A stretch of 64,000 nucleotides of DNA from an uncultured Clostridia bacterium. Its GTDB lineage: Bacteria; Bacillota; Clostridia; TANB77; CAG-508. Positions 47,756 to 56,577 of the stretch are shown here, piece after piece. The position numbers and the translations under genes were made by a program. The DNA lies in assembly GCA_944386165.1 (NCBI GenBank), contig CALXAA010000001.1:67231-131230 (forward strand), in the 5' to 3' direction. The number at the start of each line of letters is the position of its first letter. Within the stretch, counting starts at the first letter, position 1. The notes under the pieces are model-generated. The model saw only the letters and a program-made list of their open reading frames with translations. It was not told the DNA's origin and made no database searches.

Positions 47756-48488
47756 TTAAATTAATTCAATAATTGCATGTAATTTTGTATCATCTTGACT
47801 TTTTATTACAACAATATGTTTATTATTTACAAATGCATATTTACATTTAACAGTTTCCCCTAATTTAATTTCTTTTTTATATGAAATTTGAAAAAAATCA
47901 AATTCTTTTGAATTAAAATAGATGTCATCTGGTAAAGCTTCATTTGCCAAATCTAAATAGTTGATATTATGCATATGTTTGTTTACATCAATATCTCCTC
48001 TTTTTACTGTATAATCAGCCTCTCTTTCATAATGTTCTTGTTCTTTTAACTTTTCAAACACTTCATCTGGTCCAAATGAAAATTTTTCTAATTCTGGTTT
48101 ATATTTTGAAAGAATTTCTTCATTTACTCTTTCTAATTTTTCTGTATCCATATTTATTAAAACCCATTTTGACATTGCTTTAACTATAATGTTTCCTTGT
48201 TCATCTTGAATTTCAAAGTCACGAAAAGCATAGAACTTTTGAGCATCTTTTGACCATGTTCTTGCTAATATTTTTTCTGCATAAATTGGTCTCCTTATAA
48301 CTTGAACTTTCCAATCAATTAATACCCATGTTAAACGTGTTTTATCCATTGTAGGAATTCCGCAATCCTGCAATATTAGAATGCACTCCTCCAATATCTT
48401 CAAATATCCCAAGTAATGCTTTATTTGTTATTTTATTTTCTTTTCCTATTTGTGATAATTGTACATAATATTCTCTTTCTACTACCAT
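47756..48488 (-). pseudogene. Acyl-ACP thioesterase, apparently frameshifted near codon 40
   Basis: An N-terminal 48-codon ORF, MVVEREYYVQLSQIGKENKITNKALLGIFEDIGGVHSNIAG..., runs 48342-48488 in one frame. The rest (GIPTMDKTRLTWVLIDW...DIDVNKHMHNINY) runs 47756-48412 in another frame. Together they span about 244 codons, the normal length. Confidence 0.6.
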
Positions 48489-48508
48489 TTTGCGCCTCTT
48501 CTTAAAAT

Positions 48509-49816
48509 TTAATACCCTGGTTTTTCTAATAATTTAAACATATTTTTCTTATATTTTTCAACACCAGGTTGATTAAATGGATTAACTCCTAAAATCATTC
48601 CAGACATTGCACATGCTTTTTCAAAGAAATATATTAAATGTCCTATTGTTTCTTCATTTAGTTTTGGTATTTCTAATATGATATTTGGTACATCACCAGA
48701 TGAATGTGCTTCTATTGTTCCTTCCATTGCTTTTTTATTTACATAGTCTAATGTTTTTCCTGCTAAATAGTTTAAACCATCTAAATTGTCTTCTTCTTCT
48801 TTCATTGTAATATCTGATTCTGATTTTTCAATTCTTATTACTGTTTCAAATAAGTTTCTTCTTCCTTCTTGAATATATTGTCCCATAGAATGTAAATCTG
48901 TTGTAAAATCAACACCTGTTGGGAATATTCCAAGTTGGTCTTTTCCTTCACTCTCTCCAAATAATTGTTTCCACCATTCTGTAAAGTAGTGCATTTTTGG
49001 CTCATAATTTACTAGTATTTCAATGTTTTTATATAATTTATATAAAATATTTCTTACAACTGCATATTGATAACATGCATTATATTTTAAATTTGAATCT
49101 TCGTATTTTAACTGAGCATTTATTGCCCCTTCCATTAGTTTGTCTATATTAATTCCAGCAACAGCAATTGGTAATAATCCTACTGCTGTTAAAACAGAAT
49201 ATCTTCCTCCAACATTGTCTGGTATTACAAATGTTTCATATCCTTCTCCTGTTGCTAATGTTTTTAATGCTCCTTTTTCTTTATCTGTTGTAACATAAAT
49301 TCTACTTCTAGCTTCATCTAATCCATATCTATTTTCTAATATTTCTCTAAAAATTCTGAATGCAATTGCTGGTTCTGTTGTTGTTCCTGATTTTGAAATT
49401 ACATTTATAGAGAAATCTTTAGTTCCTAGTACTTCTATTAAGTCATTAATATAATTTGGACTTAAATTATTTCCAACAAATAAAATTTGTGGAAATTTTC
49501 TTTTCTTTTCAGGCAACATATTATAAAAAGTATTTGTTAAACTTTCTATAACTGCTCTTGCCCCTAAATATGACCCTCCAATTCCTATTACAATTAATAC
49601 CTCTGAATCTTCTTGTATTTTTTTTGCAGAACTTTTGATTTTTTCAAATTCTTTTTTATCAAATTTTGTTGGTAAGTTTAGCCATCCAACAAAATCAGAT
49701 TCATCATTTGCCCTATCATGTAATTCTTGATGTATTCTTTCTACTTGTTCTTTGTATTGCATTATAGTTTTTTGTTCAATTCCTGAATATTTTAAGTTAA
49801 GCTTTAAATTTAACAT
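48509..49816 (-). CDS. pgi: Glucose-6-phosphate isomerase
   Basis: [21 protein letters not shown] and [14 protein letters not shown] motifs. Confidence 0.95.
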   Translation of the reverse strand: MLNLKLNLKYSGIEQKTIMQYKEQVERIHQELHDRANDESDFVGWLNLPTKFDKKEFEKIKSSAKKIQEDSEVLIVIGIGGSYLGARAVIESLTNTFYNMLPEKKRKFPQILFVGNNLSPNYINDLIEVLGTKDFSINVISKSGTTTEPAIAFRIFREILENRYGLDEARSRIYVTTDKEKGALKTLATGEGYETFVIPDNVGGRYSVLTAVGLLPIAVAGINIDKLMEGAINAQLKYEDSNLKYNACYQYAVVRNILYKLYKNIEILVNYEPKMHYFTEWWKQLFGESEGKDQLGIFPTGVDFTTDLHSMGQYIQEGRRNLFETVIRIEKSESDITMKEEEDNLDGLNYLAGKTLDYVNKKAMEGTIEAHSSGDVPNIILEIPKLNEETIGHLIYFFEKACAMSGMILGVNPFNQPGVEKYKKNMFKLLEKPGY

Positions 49817-49837
49817 AAATTTTACCTTCTTTCCTTT

Positions 49838-50497
49838 TTAACTTTTTAATTCATCAATAATAACTTTGTAGTCAGATGCCATTAAAATTGCTGTTCCTGC
49901 AACTAATATGTTTGCTCCGGCATATTTAACTCTTTGAGCTGTTTTTAAATTAATTCCACCATCTACTTCTATATCAATTTCAATATTATTTTTGTCAATA
50001 TAACTTTTTAATTCATCTATTTTTGCAATCATTTCTGTAATTAATGTTTGACCACCTTTTCCTGGTTCTACAGTCATTACTAAACACATATGTATATATG
50101 GTAAATATTTATAAACTTCTTGTATTGGAGTATCTGGCTTTATTGCTATTCCAACTCTCGCTCCTTTTTCTTTTATTAACTCTATATTTTTCATTACTTC
50201 TTCTTCATTTTTACATGCTTCTAGATGAAATGTAATTATATTTGGTTCATTTGCCGAAAATACTTCTATTCCTGTTTCTACATCTTCTACCATTAAATGC
50301 ACATCTAATGGCAAATTTGATATTCTTCTTATGTAATTACTATATTCTATCATCTTTTTGTAGGTATCTTGTTTAACAAATTTTCCATCCATTACATCTA
50401 TATGAAAATAATCTGTTTTTGATTTTTCTAGTAGTAGAAATGTTTCTGCTTCATTTCCGCTCTCTACTGATAATATTGATGTTGATACTTCTACCAT
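49838..50497 (-). CDS. rpe: Ribulose-phosphate 3-epimerase
   Basis: HIDVMDGKFV, DVHLMV, VMTVEPGKGGQ and VDGGIN motifs. Confidence 0.95.
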   Translation of the reverse strand: MVEVSTSILSVESGNEAETFLLLEKSKTDYFHIDVMDGKFVKQDTYKKMIEYSNYIRRISNLPLDVHLMVEDVETGIEVFSANEPNIITFHLEACKNEEEVMKNIELIKEKGARVGIAIKPDTPIQEVYKYLPYIHMCLVMTVEPGKGGQTLITEMIAKIDELKSYIDKNNIEIDIEVDGGINLKTAQRVKYAGANILVAGTAILMASDYKVIIDELKS

Positions 50498-50626
50498 TTT
50501 TTTCTTCCTTTCTTTTTAACATACTCATTATATATTATTTTCCAGAAAAAGTCTATAATAAAAAAATAAAAATACACAAATAGTTGTACTAATCTGTTTA
50601 ACTATTTGTGTATTAATAAATTTATC

Positions 50627-53218
50627 CTATTTAATGCATAATTCATTATTATCACAGTCTACTTTTACAGTTGTGTTAGGTAATATTTCTTGTGATAAAA
50701 TCTTTCTTGCAATTAAAGTTTCTAGTTTTTTCTGTACAAATCTCTTTAGTGGTCTTGCACCATAAACTTCATCATAACCATTATCTATTAAATAATCTTT
50801 TGCTTTTTGTGATAATTCTAGTTTAATATTTTTATCTTCAAGTCTGTTTTCTATATCTTTAATTAAAAGTTCTAGAATTTTTGAAATTTCAGTTTTTCTT
50901 AGAGGTTTATAAAATACAATTTCATCTAATCTGTTTAAAAATTCTGGTCTGAAACTTCTCTTTAATAATTCATTTACTTTTTGTTTTGCTTCTTCTGAAA
51001 TTTCTCCATTTTCTTGAATTCCTTCTAAAATATAGTCTGAGCCTAAATTTGAAGTTAATATTATAATTGTGTTTTTAAAGTCTACAGTTCTTCCTTGAGA
51101 ATCTGTTATTCGTCCATCATCTAGTACTTGTAATAGAATATTGAATACATCTGGATGTGCTTTTTCTATTTCATCAAATAGTACAACTGAATATGGTTTT
51201 CTTCTAACAGCTTCTGTTAATTGTCCGCCTTCTTCATATCCAACATATCCTGGAGGTGCTCCTATTAATCTTGATACTGAATATTTTTCCATATATTCAG
51301 ACATATCTATTCTTATCATATTGTGTTCATCATCAAATAAGCTTTCCGCTAATGATTTTGCAAGTTCTGTTTTACCAACACCAGTAGGTCCTAAGAACAT
51401 AAATGAGCCAATTGGTCTACGTGGATCACTTATTCCTGCTCTTGAACGCATTATTGCTTCAGATACTTTTTCAACAGCTTCATCTTGTCCTATTACTCTT
51501 TTATGAAGGACTTTGTCTAAGTTAAGTATTTTTTCTCTTTCTCCTTCCATTAGTTTTGCTACTGGAATTCCTGTCCATTTTGAAATTATTTTTGTAATTT
51601 CTTCTTCTGTTACTTTATGTCTTAATAATCCATCTTCTTTACTTTTTTCTGCAATTTCTTCTTCTTTTTGTAATTGTTTTTGTAGATCTGGAATTCTACC
51701 ATATTTTAATTCTGCAACTTTGTTTAAGTCATAATTTCTTTCTGCTTGTTCCATTTGTGCATTTGCTTGTTCAATTTCTTCACGTAGTTTTTGAACTTTT
51801 CCAATAGATGCTTTTTCATTTTCCCATTTTGCTTTCATTGCATCAAATTTGGTTTTTAGTTCTGCTTTTTCTTTTTGAATATCTGCCAAACGTTGTTTAG
51901 AGATTTCATCTTTTTCTTTGCTTAATGCTGTTTCTTCTATTTCTAATTGCATAATTTTTCTAGATACTTCATCTAGTTCTGTAGGCATAGATTCAAGTTC
52001 TGTTTTTATCATAGCACATGCTTCATCAATTAAATCTATTGCTTTATCTGGTAAAAATCTGTCTGAAATATATCTATGTGATAATGTAGCTGCTGCAATT
52101 AGTGCATTATCTGATATTTTTACACCATGATATACTTCATATCTTTCTTTTAGTCCTCTTAATATTGAAATAGTATCTTCTACTGATGGTTCATCTACCA
52201 TTACTGGTTGGAAACGTCTTTCAAGTGCTTGGTCTTTTTCTATATATTGTCTATATTCATTTAGTGTTGTTGCTCCTATACAGTGTAATTCTCCTCTTGC
52301 TAGCATTGGTTTTAATAAGTTACCTGCGTCCATTGCACCATCTGTTTTTCCTGCTCCAACAATTGTATGAATTTCGTCTATAAATAATATTATTTTTCCT
52401 TCACTCTTTTTTACTTCTTGTAAAACAGCTTTTAATCTTTCCTCAAATTCTCCTCTATATTTTGCTCCAGCAACTAAAGAACCCATATCTAGTGAGAAAA
52501 TTGTGCAATCTTTTAACCCTTCTGGAACGTCTCCTCTTACTATTCTTAGTGCTAACCCTTCTGCAATTGCTGTTTTACCTACACCTGGTTCTCCTATTAA
52601 ACATGGATTATTTTTTGTTTTTCTTGAAAGTATTCTTATAACATTTCTAATTTCAGAATCTCTTCCTATTACTGGATCTAGTTTTTGTTCTCTTGCAAGG
52701 CCAGTTAAATCTTGACCATATTTTTTTAGTACATCATATGTGTCTTCTGGATTATCATTTGTGATTCTGACATTACCTCTTACATCTGCTAATGCTTTTA
52801 AGAATTCATTTTTGTTAATACCATATTTTTTTAACAAGTTTTTAATGTTACTGTTGGCATTGTCAAAAATTGCAAGCATTATATGTTCAACAGAAACATA
52901 TTCGTCTTTCATTTTTTTTGCTGTTGTTTCTGCATCTGCCAAAACTTTATTTACATCTTGAGAAACATATATACTATCACTTTGTATAGCTCCTCCTGTC
53001 ATTTTTGGCATTTTATCTATATATGTTTTTAATTCATTTTCAAATCCTTCAATTGTACTTATTTTCTTTAGTAATTCTTTAATTAGGCTATTGTCTTGGT
53101 CTAATAATGCATATACTAAGTGTTCTTCTTCTACTTGTGCATTTTGGTTTTCTGTTGCTAGTGTTTGCGCATTTTGTATAGTTTCTAATGATTTTTGTGT
53201 GAATTTTTGTATATTCAT
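50627..53218 (-). CDS. clpB: Chaperone/disaggregase ClpB
   Basis: 863 aa. Two AAA modules (GEPGVGKTA and GPTGVGKTE) separated by a long coiled-coil middle domain. Confidence 0.95.
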   Translation of the reverse strand: MNIQKFTQKSLETIQNAQTLATENQNAQVEEEHLVYALLDQDNSLIKELLKKISTIEGFENELKTYIDKMPKMTGGAIQSDSIYVSQDVNKVLADAETTAKKMKDEYVSVEHIMLAIFDNANSNIKNLLKKYGINKNEFLKALADVRGNVRITNDNPEDTYDVLKKYGQDLTGLAREQKLDPVIGRDSEIRNVIRILSRKTKNNPCLIGEPGVGKTAIAEGLALRIVRGDVPEGLKDCTIFSLDMGSLVAGAKYRGEFEERLKAVLQEVKKSEGKIILFIDEIHTIVGAGKTDGAMDAGNLLKPMLARGELHCIGATTLNEYRQYIEKDQALERRFQPVMVDEPSVEDTISILRGLKERYEVYHGVKISDNALIAAATLSHRYISDRFLPDKAIDLIDEACAMIKTELESMPTELDEVSRKIMQLEIEETALSKEKDEISKQRLADIQKEKAELKTKFDAMKAKWENEKASIGKVQKLREEIEQANAQMEQAERNYDLNKVAELKYGRIPDLQKQLQKEEEIAEKSKEDGLLRHKVTEEEITKIISKWTGIPVAKLMEGEREKILNLDKVLHKRVIGQDEAVEKVSEAIMRSRAGISDPRRPIGSFMFLGPTGVGKTELAKSLAESLFDDEHNMIRIDMSEYMEKYSVSRLIGAPPGYVGYEEGGQLTEAVRRKPYSVVLFDEIEKAHPDVFNILLQVLDDGRITDSQGRTVDFKNTIIILTSNLGSDYILEGIQENGEISEEAKQKVNELLKRSFRPEFLNRLDEIVFYKPLRKTEISKILELLIKDIENRLEDKNIKLELSQKAKDYLIDNGYDEVYGARPLKRFVQKKLETLIARKILSQEILPNTTVKVDCDNNELCIK

Positions 53219-53261
53219 AAATATTACCTCCTATCTATGATATATTTTTTCTACAACGTAT

Positions 53262-53290
53262 ATTATATCATTATATTTTAGCAGTGTCAA
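53262..53290 (-). promoter_or_regulatory. Consensus sigma-A promoter of clpB
   Basis: On the minus strand: TTGACA, a 17-nt spacer, then TATAAT. Confidence 0.65.
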
Positions 53291-53304
53291 TAGTGGAGTG
53301 CTAA
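53278..53304. promoter_or_regulatory. CIRCE-like inverted repeat (candidate HrcA operator) overlapping the clpB -35
   Basis: TTAGCAGTG-n9-GAGTGCTAA against the consensus TTAGCACTC-n9-GAGTGCTAA, 16 of 18 positions matching. Confidence 0.5.
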
Positions 53305-53403
53305 TTTTATAATAATTTTTTGAATTTCTATATTGATAGTTTATATATATTTTAATTTTCAAATCGATTTTTACTCTTCACTAATGCTTAAAACGCAGTG
53401 GTA

Positions 53404-53432
53404 TTGCTATTTTGAGCAAAATATGTTATAAT
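53404..53432 (+). promoter_or_regulatory. Sigma-A-type promoter reading into the GC-rich cassette
   Basis: TTGCTA, a 17-nt spacer, then TGtTATAAT. Confidence 0.5.
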
Positions 53433-53447
53433 ATATGTATACCGTAG

Positions 53448-53488
53448 TTTTTTGAAACTCAAATCCAATTGTTAGGAGTTTCAAAAAA
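53448..53488 (+). other. 13-bp perfect inverted repeat in the 5' leader of the GC-rich ORF
   Basis: ttttttgaaactc, 15 nt, then gagtttcaaaaaa. Confidence 0.6.
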
Positions 53489-53527
53489 GAGAGCAAACAT
53501 TTTTTGACAACAAGGAGGAACACAACT

Positions 53528-53890
53528 ATGGAAAACACGATGAAGAAGGCTTTGGGTACTGTGTGGAATTGGTGGAGCAGCAAAGGGGTTCCGTTCATTC
53601 GGAACTATATTTATCCGGGCATTGATGCCATTTTTGAATCATTGATCCACGCCTTCAAAATCAGCTGGGTCAGCATTCTGTGCCTATTCTGCCTGTACTA
53701 TTTGTGCAGAAACGGCTATCTTGATGAGGTTCCGGCCATTAAGTGGCTGGTTGAGTCTGCTGTTAGGCTCATTGACTGGGTTTTTGGTGTGATAAAGGAT
53801 TTCCTTGGAATTACAGTCAATGCCCCGGTATCTCCTTTTAGCCTCTTTAGGCCCCTTCAAGATTGGCTGAAGTACATCTTCGCCATCTAA
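53528..53890 (+). CDS. Hypothetical Trp-rich 120-aa protein encoded on a compositionally foreign cassette
   Basis: ATG preceded by aaggagg. Two 60-nt lines inside the ORF contain 25 and 28 G/C, against about 11 in neighbouring host lines. One hydrophobic segment, ISWVSILCLFCLYYLC. No family recognised. Confidence 0.5.
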   Translation: MENTMKKALGTVWNWWSSKGVPFIRNYIYPGIDAIFESLIHAFKISWVSILCLFCLYYLCRNGYLDEVPAIKWLVESAVRLIDWVFGVIKDFLGITVNAPVSPFSLFRPLQDWLKYIFAI

Positions 53891-53901
53891 ATCGCTCTCT
53901 G

Positions 53902-53936
53902 CCGTGTCTGGTACTTGTACCAGGCACGGTCTTTTT
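53902..53936 (+). terminator. GC-rich rho-independent terminator of the cassette ORF
   Basis: ccgtgtctggtac / gtaccaggcacgg stem followed by tcttttt. Confidence 0.75.
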
Positions 53937-54121
53937 ATATTGCATTAATTATATATTAAAAAATCCTTGTAATTGTTGAAACTTCAACTTCTATTGTCAA
54001 TATAAATTTGCTATTTATTTAATTAAAATAATCAAAAAAACAATTATTATTGAACGAAATATCAATTTGAACTCGAAAAAAGTCAAAATTTCAAAAGTTT
54101 TTAGACTATAGACTGAAAAAC

Positions 54122-54150
54122 TTTACATTTTTTAATAAATATGTTATCAT
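54122..54150 (+). promoter_or_regulatory. Sigma-A-type promoter of the AAA ATPase gene
   Basis: TTTACA, a 17-nt spacer, then TGtTATCAT. Confidence 0.45.
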
Positions 54151-54169
54151 TAATATAGAGGTGAATAAT

Positions 54170-55372
54170 ATGATCAAAAGAGAATTATATTTAAGTAAAT
54201 TAAGAAACTCTTATGATAGTGAACTTATAAAAGTAATTATGGGAATAAGAAGATGTGGAAAATCTGTATTATTAAAACAAATAATTGAAGAAATAAGAGA
54301 AAGAGGTATAAGAGAAGACCATATTATATATATAAATTTTGAAGATTATGATTTTATAGAATATACTCAAGCAAAAAAATTTAACAATTACATAAAAAGT
54401 AAAATAAAAGATAAAAACAAATATTATTTATTTTTTGATGAAATTCAAAATGTTCAAGACTTCGAAAGAGTAATAAATTCCTTTAGGGCAACGATGAATG
54501 TAAGTATTTTTATAACAGGTTCAAATAGTAAATTACTTTCTGGTGAACTTGCAACAGTTTTAACTGGTAGATTTATTAGTATTAAAATGATGCCATTTAC
54601 TTACTCAGAATTTTTGGAATTAAAAAAAGAAAAAAATGAAGAAATTACAGAAAAAGCTTTGGAAGAATATATTGAATGGGGTGGAATGCCATTAATTTAT
54701 AACACAAATAACGAAATGGAAAGAAAAATGTACTTAAGAGACTTATATAATGCAATTATTCTAAAAGATATTGTAGAAAGAAATACTATAAAAGATATCA
54801 GTCTATTAAACAGAATAATTCAATTTATGATGGAAAACATTGGTGGAATTTTATCTTCAAACTCAATTGCCGGATATCTAAAAAATGAAAAAATAAATAC
54901 AACTGTTGATACTGTTATGAATTATATAGATTATATTACAACTTCATCAATATTTAATAAAGTTAATAGATATGATATAAGAAGAAAAAGTGTAATGTCA
55001 ACTCTTCAAAAGTATTATTTAACTGATTTAGGTTTACTTACTTTAAAGAGTTCACCAATTGAAAAGAAAATTGGTGGAAGATTAGAAAATATAGTTTATA
55101 ATGAATTGATAGCAAGAGGATATGAAGTGTATATAGGAAAAACTGATAAAGGTGAGGTTGATTTTGTTGTAGATAAATTTGGTGAGAGAGAATATATACA
55201 AGTAGCAGATTTCTTATCAAGTGATGAGGTTATAAAAAGAGAATTTGGGGCTTTCAAATATGTAGCTGATAATTTTCCAAAATATGTTATAACTATGGAT
55301 AAAATCAATTATAGTCAAAATGGTATAATTCATTTGAATTTAGAAGACTTTTTATTAGGAAAAATAAAATAG
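54170..55372 (+). CDS. AAA-family ATPase of the AAA_14/DUF4143 type
   Basis: Walker A GIRRCGKSVLL and Walker B YLFFDEIQ. The C-terminal part has the layout of DUF4143 proteins. I prefer the ATG at 54170, with SD agaggtg 6 nt upstream. Confidence 0.75.
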   Translation: MIKRELYLSKLRNSYDSELIKVIMGIRRCGKSVLLKQIIEEIRERGIREDHIIYINFEDYDFIEYTQAKKFNNYIKSKIKDKNKYYLFFDEIQNVQDFERVINSFRATMNVSIFITGSNSKLLSGELATVLTGRFISIKMMPFTYSEFLELKKEKNEEITEKALEEYIEWGGMPLIYNTNNEMERKMYLRDLYNAIILKDIVERNTIKDISLLNRIIQFMMENIGGILSSNSIAGYLKNEKINTTVDTVMNYIDYITTSSIFNKVNRYDIRRKSVMSTLQKYYLTDLGLLTLKSSPIEKKIGGRLENIVYNELIARGYEVYIGKTDKGEVDFVVDKFGEREYIQVADFLSSDEVIKREFGAFKYVADNFPKYVITMDKINYSQNGIIHLNLEDFLLGKIK

Positions 55373-55478
55373 AATTATTTGATTTTTACTGCATCAAAGG
55401 CAAATTAAATAGCCTCTATGAATTTAATATGCTAAGTTCTGTTTTCTTTGAAACTGAGTCTGGAAATAGTCGGGCAAT

Positions 55479-55520
55479 CAAAAAAGTAGCTGTAAGATTT
55501 AATCTCTTAAATCTTACAGC
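55479..55520 (-). terminator. Terminator downstream of tRNA-Arg
   Basis: Perfect 12-bp stem gctgtaagattt / aaatcttacagc, followed on the minus strand by tactttttt. Confidence 0.75.
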
Positions 55521-55531
55521 CTCTTGGTTTT

Positions 55532-55608
55532 TGGTGAGCCAGAAGGGATTCGAACCCCCGACCCTTTGCTTAGAAGGCAAATGCTCTATCCAACTGAGCT
55601 ACTGACTC
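55532..55608 (-). tRNA. tRNA-Arg (anticodon TCT), CCA encoded
   Basis: The 77-nt minus-strand sequence folds as a cloverleaf. Acceptor gagtcag/ctggctc, D stem gctc/gagc, anticodon stem tttgc/gcaaa with loop cTTCTaa, T loop ttcgaat, and a 3' acca. Confidence 0.88.
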
Positions 55609-55628
55609 ATGTGACTTAACACTTAAAT

Positions 55629-55657
55629 ATAATAACATATTTTTAGTATTAAGTCAA
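55629..55657 (-). promoter_or_regulatory. Promoter of tRNA-Arg
   Basis: On the minus strand: TTGACT, a 17-nt spacer, then TATTAT, ending about 20 nt before the mature 5' end. Confidence 0.5.
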
Positions 55658-55683
55658 TATTTTTGACAAAAAATTTATATTTT

Positions 55684-56559
55684 TTAGTTTGATTCAACTA
55701 ATATATTTTCACTTTCTTCTTCATTTTCTATGTAATTTTTTTCAAGTAATTCTGGCTTTTTTAAGTATTTGGTTAATTGTTTAAATGATGAAGCATAATA
55801 GTGTCCATCACATATTCTTTCATCACCAACAAAAGCTATTGTTATACATTTTTCTTCTTTTATTTCATCTTCATCATATATGTAACTTTTCTTTTTCTTT
55901 CCCATTGAAAAAAACAAACTTGTTGTACCAAAATTATATATGTGGTGATAAATACTATCTATTCCAAGTGATCCTACATTTGTTAAAAATACACTTGTAT
56001 GGAATGGGCTTGCTTTTATTATTGCTTTAGGCATTATTCCATGCTTATCTAAAAATCTTAAAATTTTGACTGTCCAAAGAATCATTACATTTGGTATTAA
56101 ATTTAAAATTTTTACTACTTTGTCCGTCTTATTTACCATTTCTTTATCTTTATTTTTTTCGATTGTTGCATCTAATTTTTCTTTTATTTCAAAGATATTT
56201 TCTGTCCCATTAAATGGAATTTTTATAACTGTTTCTTGTCCTTCATCTGTTAGACTTTTCTTTATTGAAAGTGAAACATTAATTTCATTTCTTTGGTATG
56301 TTGTTCCATTCATAACAAATCTATTTAGTTTTGGTCTTTCTTTTATTATCCTTACTAAGCCTGCATATATGATATTCATATATGACATTCTTATTCCTTC
56401 TTCTGCCTTTTTGCTTATATATTCATCTATTGCTTTTAATGGTATATCTTGTTTAAAATATACTTGAGCATCATTTCTTTCTAACATAATACTCGGAATG
56501 ACTCTAAAAAGTGGTTCTAAGTTTTTTACTTTTTTTCCATCTGCTCTATGTCCAAACAT
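55684..56559 (-). CDS. Stand-alone 2-oxoacid dehydrogenase E2-type acyltransferase catalytic-domain-like protein (CAT-like fold) with a variant active-site motif
   Basis: 291 aa with no lipoyl domain. The C-terminal IAFVGDERICDGHYYASSF aligns to the DHRxxDG catalytic motif with His replaced by Glu. SLFFSMGK aligns to the conserved G-rich strand. Confidence 0.55.
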   Translation of the reverse strand: MFGHRADGKKVKNLEPLFRVIPSIMLERNDAQVYFKQDIPLKAIDEYISKKAEEGIRMSYMNIIYAGLVRIIKERPKLNRFVMNGTTYQRNEINVSLSIKKSLTDEGQETVIKIPFNGTENIFEIKEKLDATIEKNKDKEMVNKTDKVVKILNLIPNVMILWTVKILRFLDKHGIMPKAIIKASPFHTSVFLTNVGSLGIDSIYHHIYNFGTTSLFFSMGKKKKSYIYDEDEIKEEKCITIAFVGDERICDGHYYASSFKQLTKYLKKPELLEKNYIENEEESENILVESN

Positions 56560-56577
56560 TTTTTCCCTCTTTTTCTT

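Noticed and set aside
53407-53598. 63-aa minus-strand ORF spanning the cassette's 5' end
   Set aside because: It is antisense to the promoter, leader and start of the GC-rich ORF. It has no SD and straddles the composition boundary.
55373-55531. att-site-like partial duplication of the tRNA-Arg 3' end, which would mark an integrated element
   Set aside because: No second copy of the tRNA 3' segment (ggttcgaatccc...) is visible anywhere in the window. Only the tRNA terminator hairpin is present.
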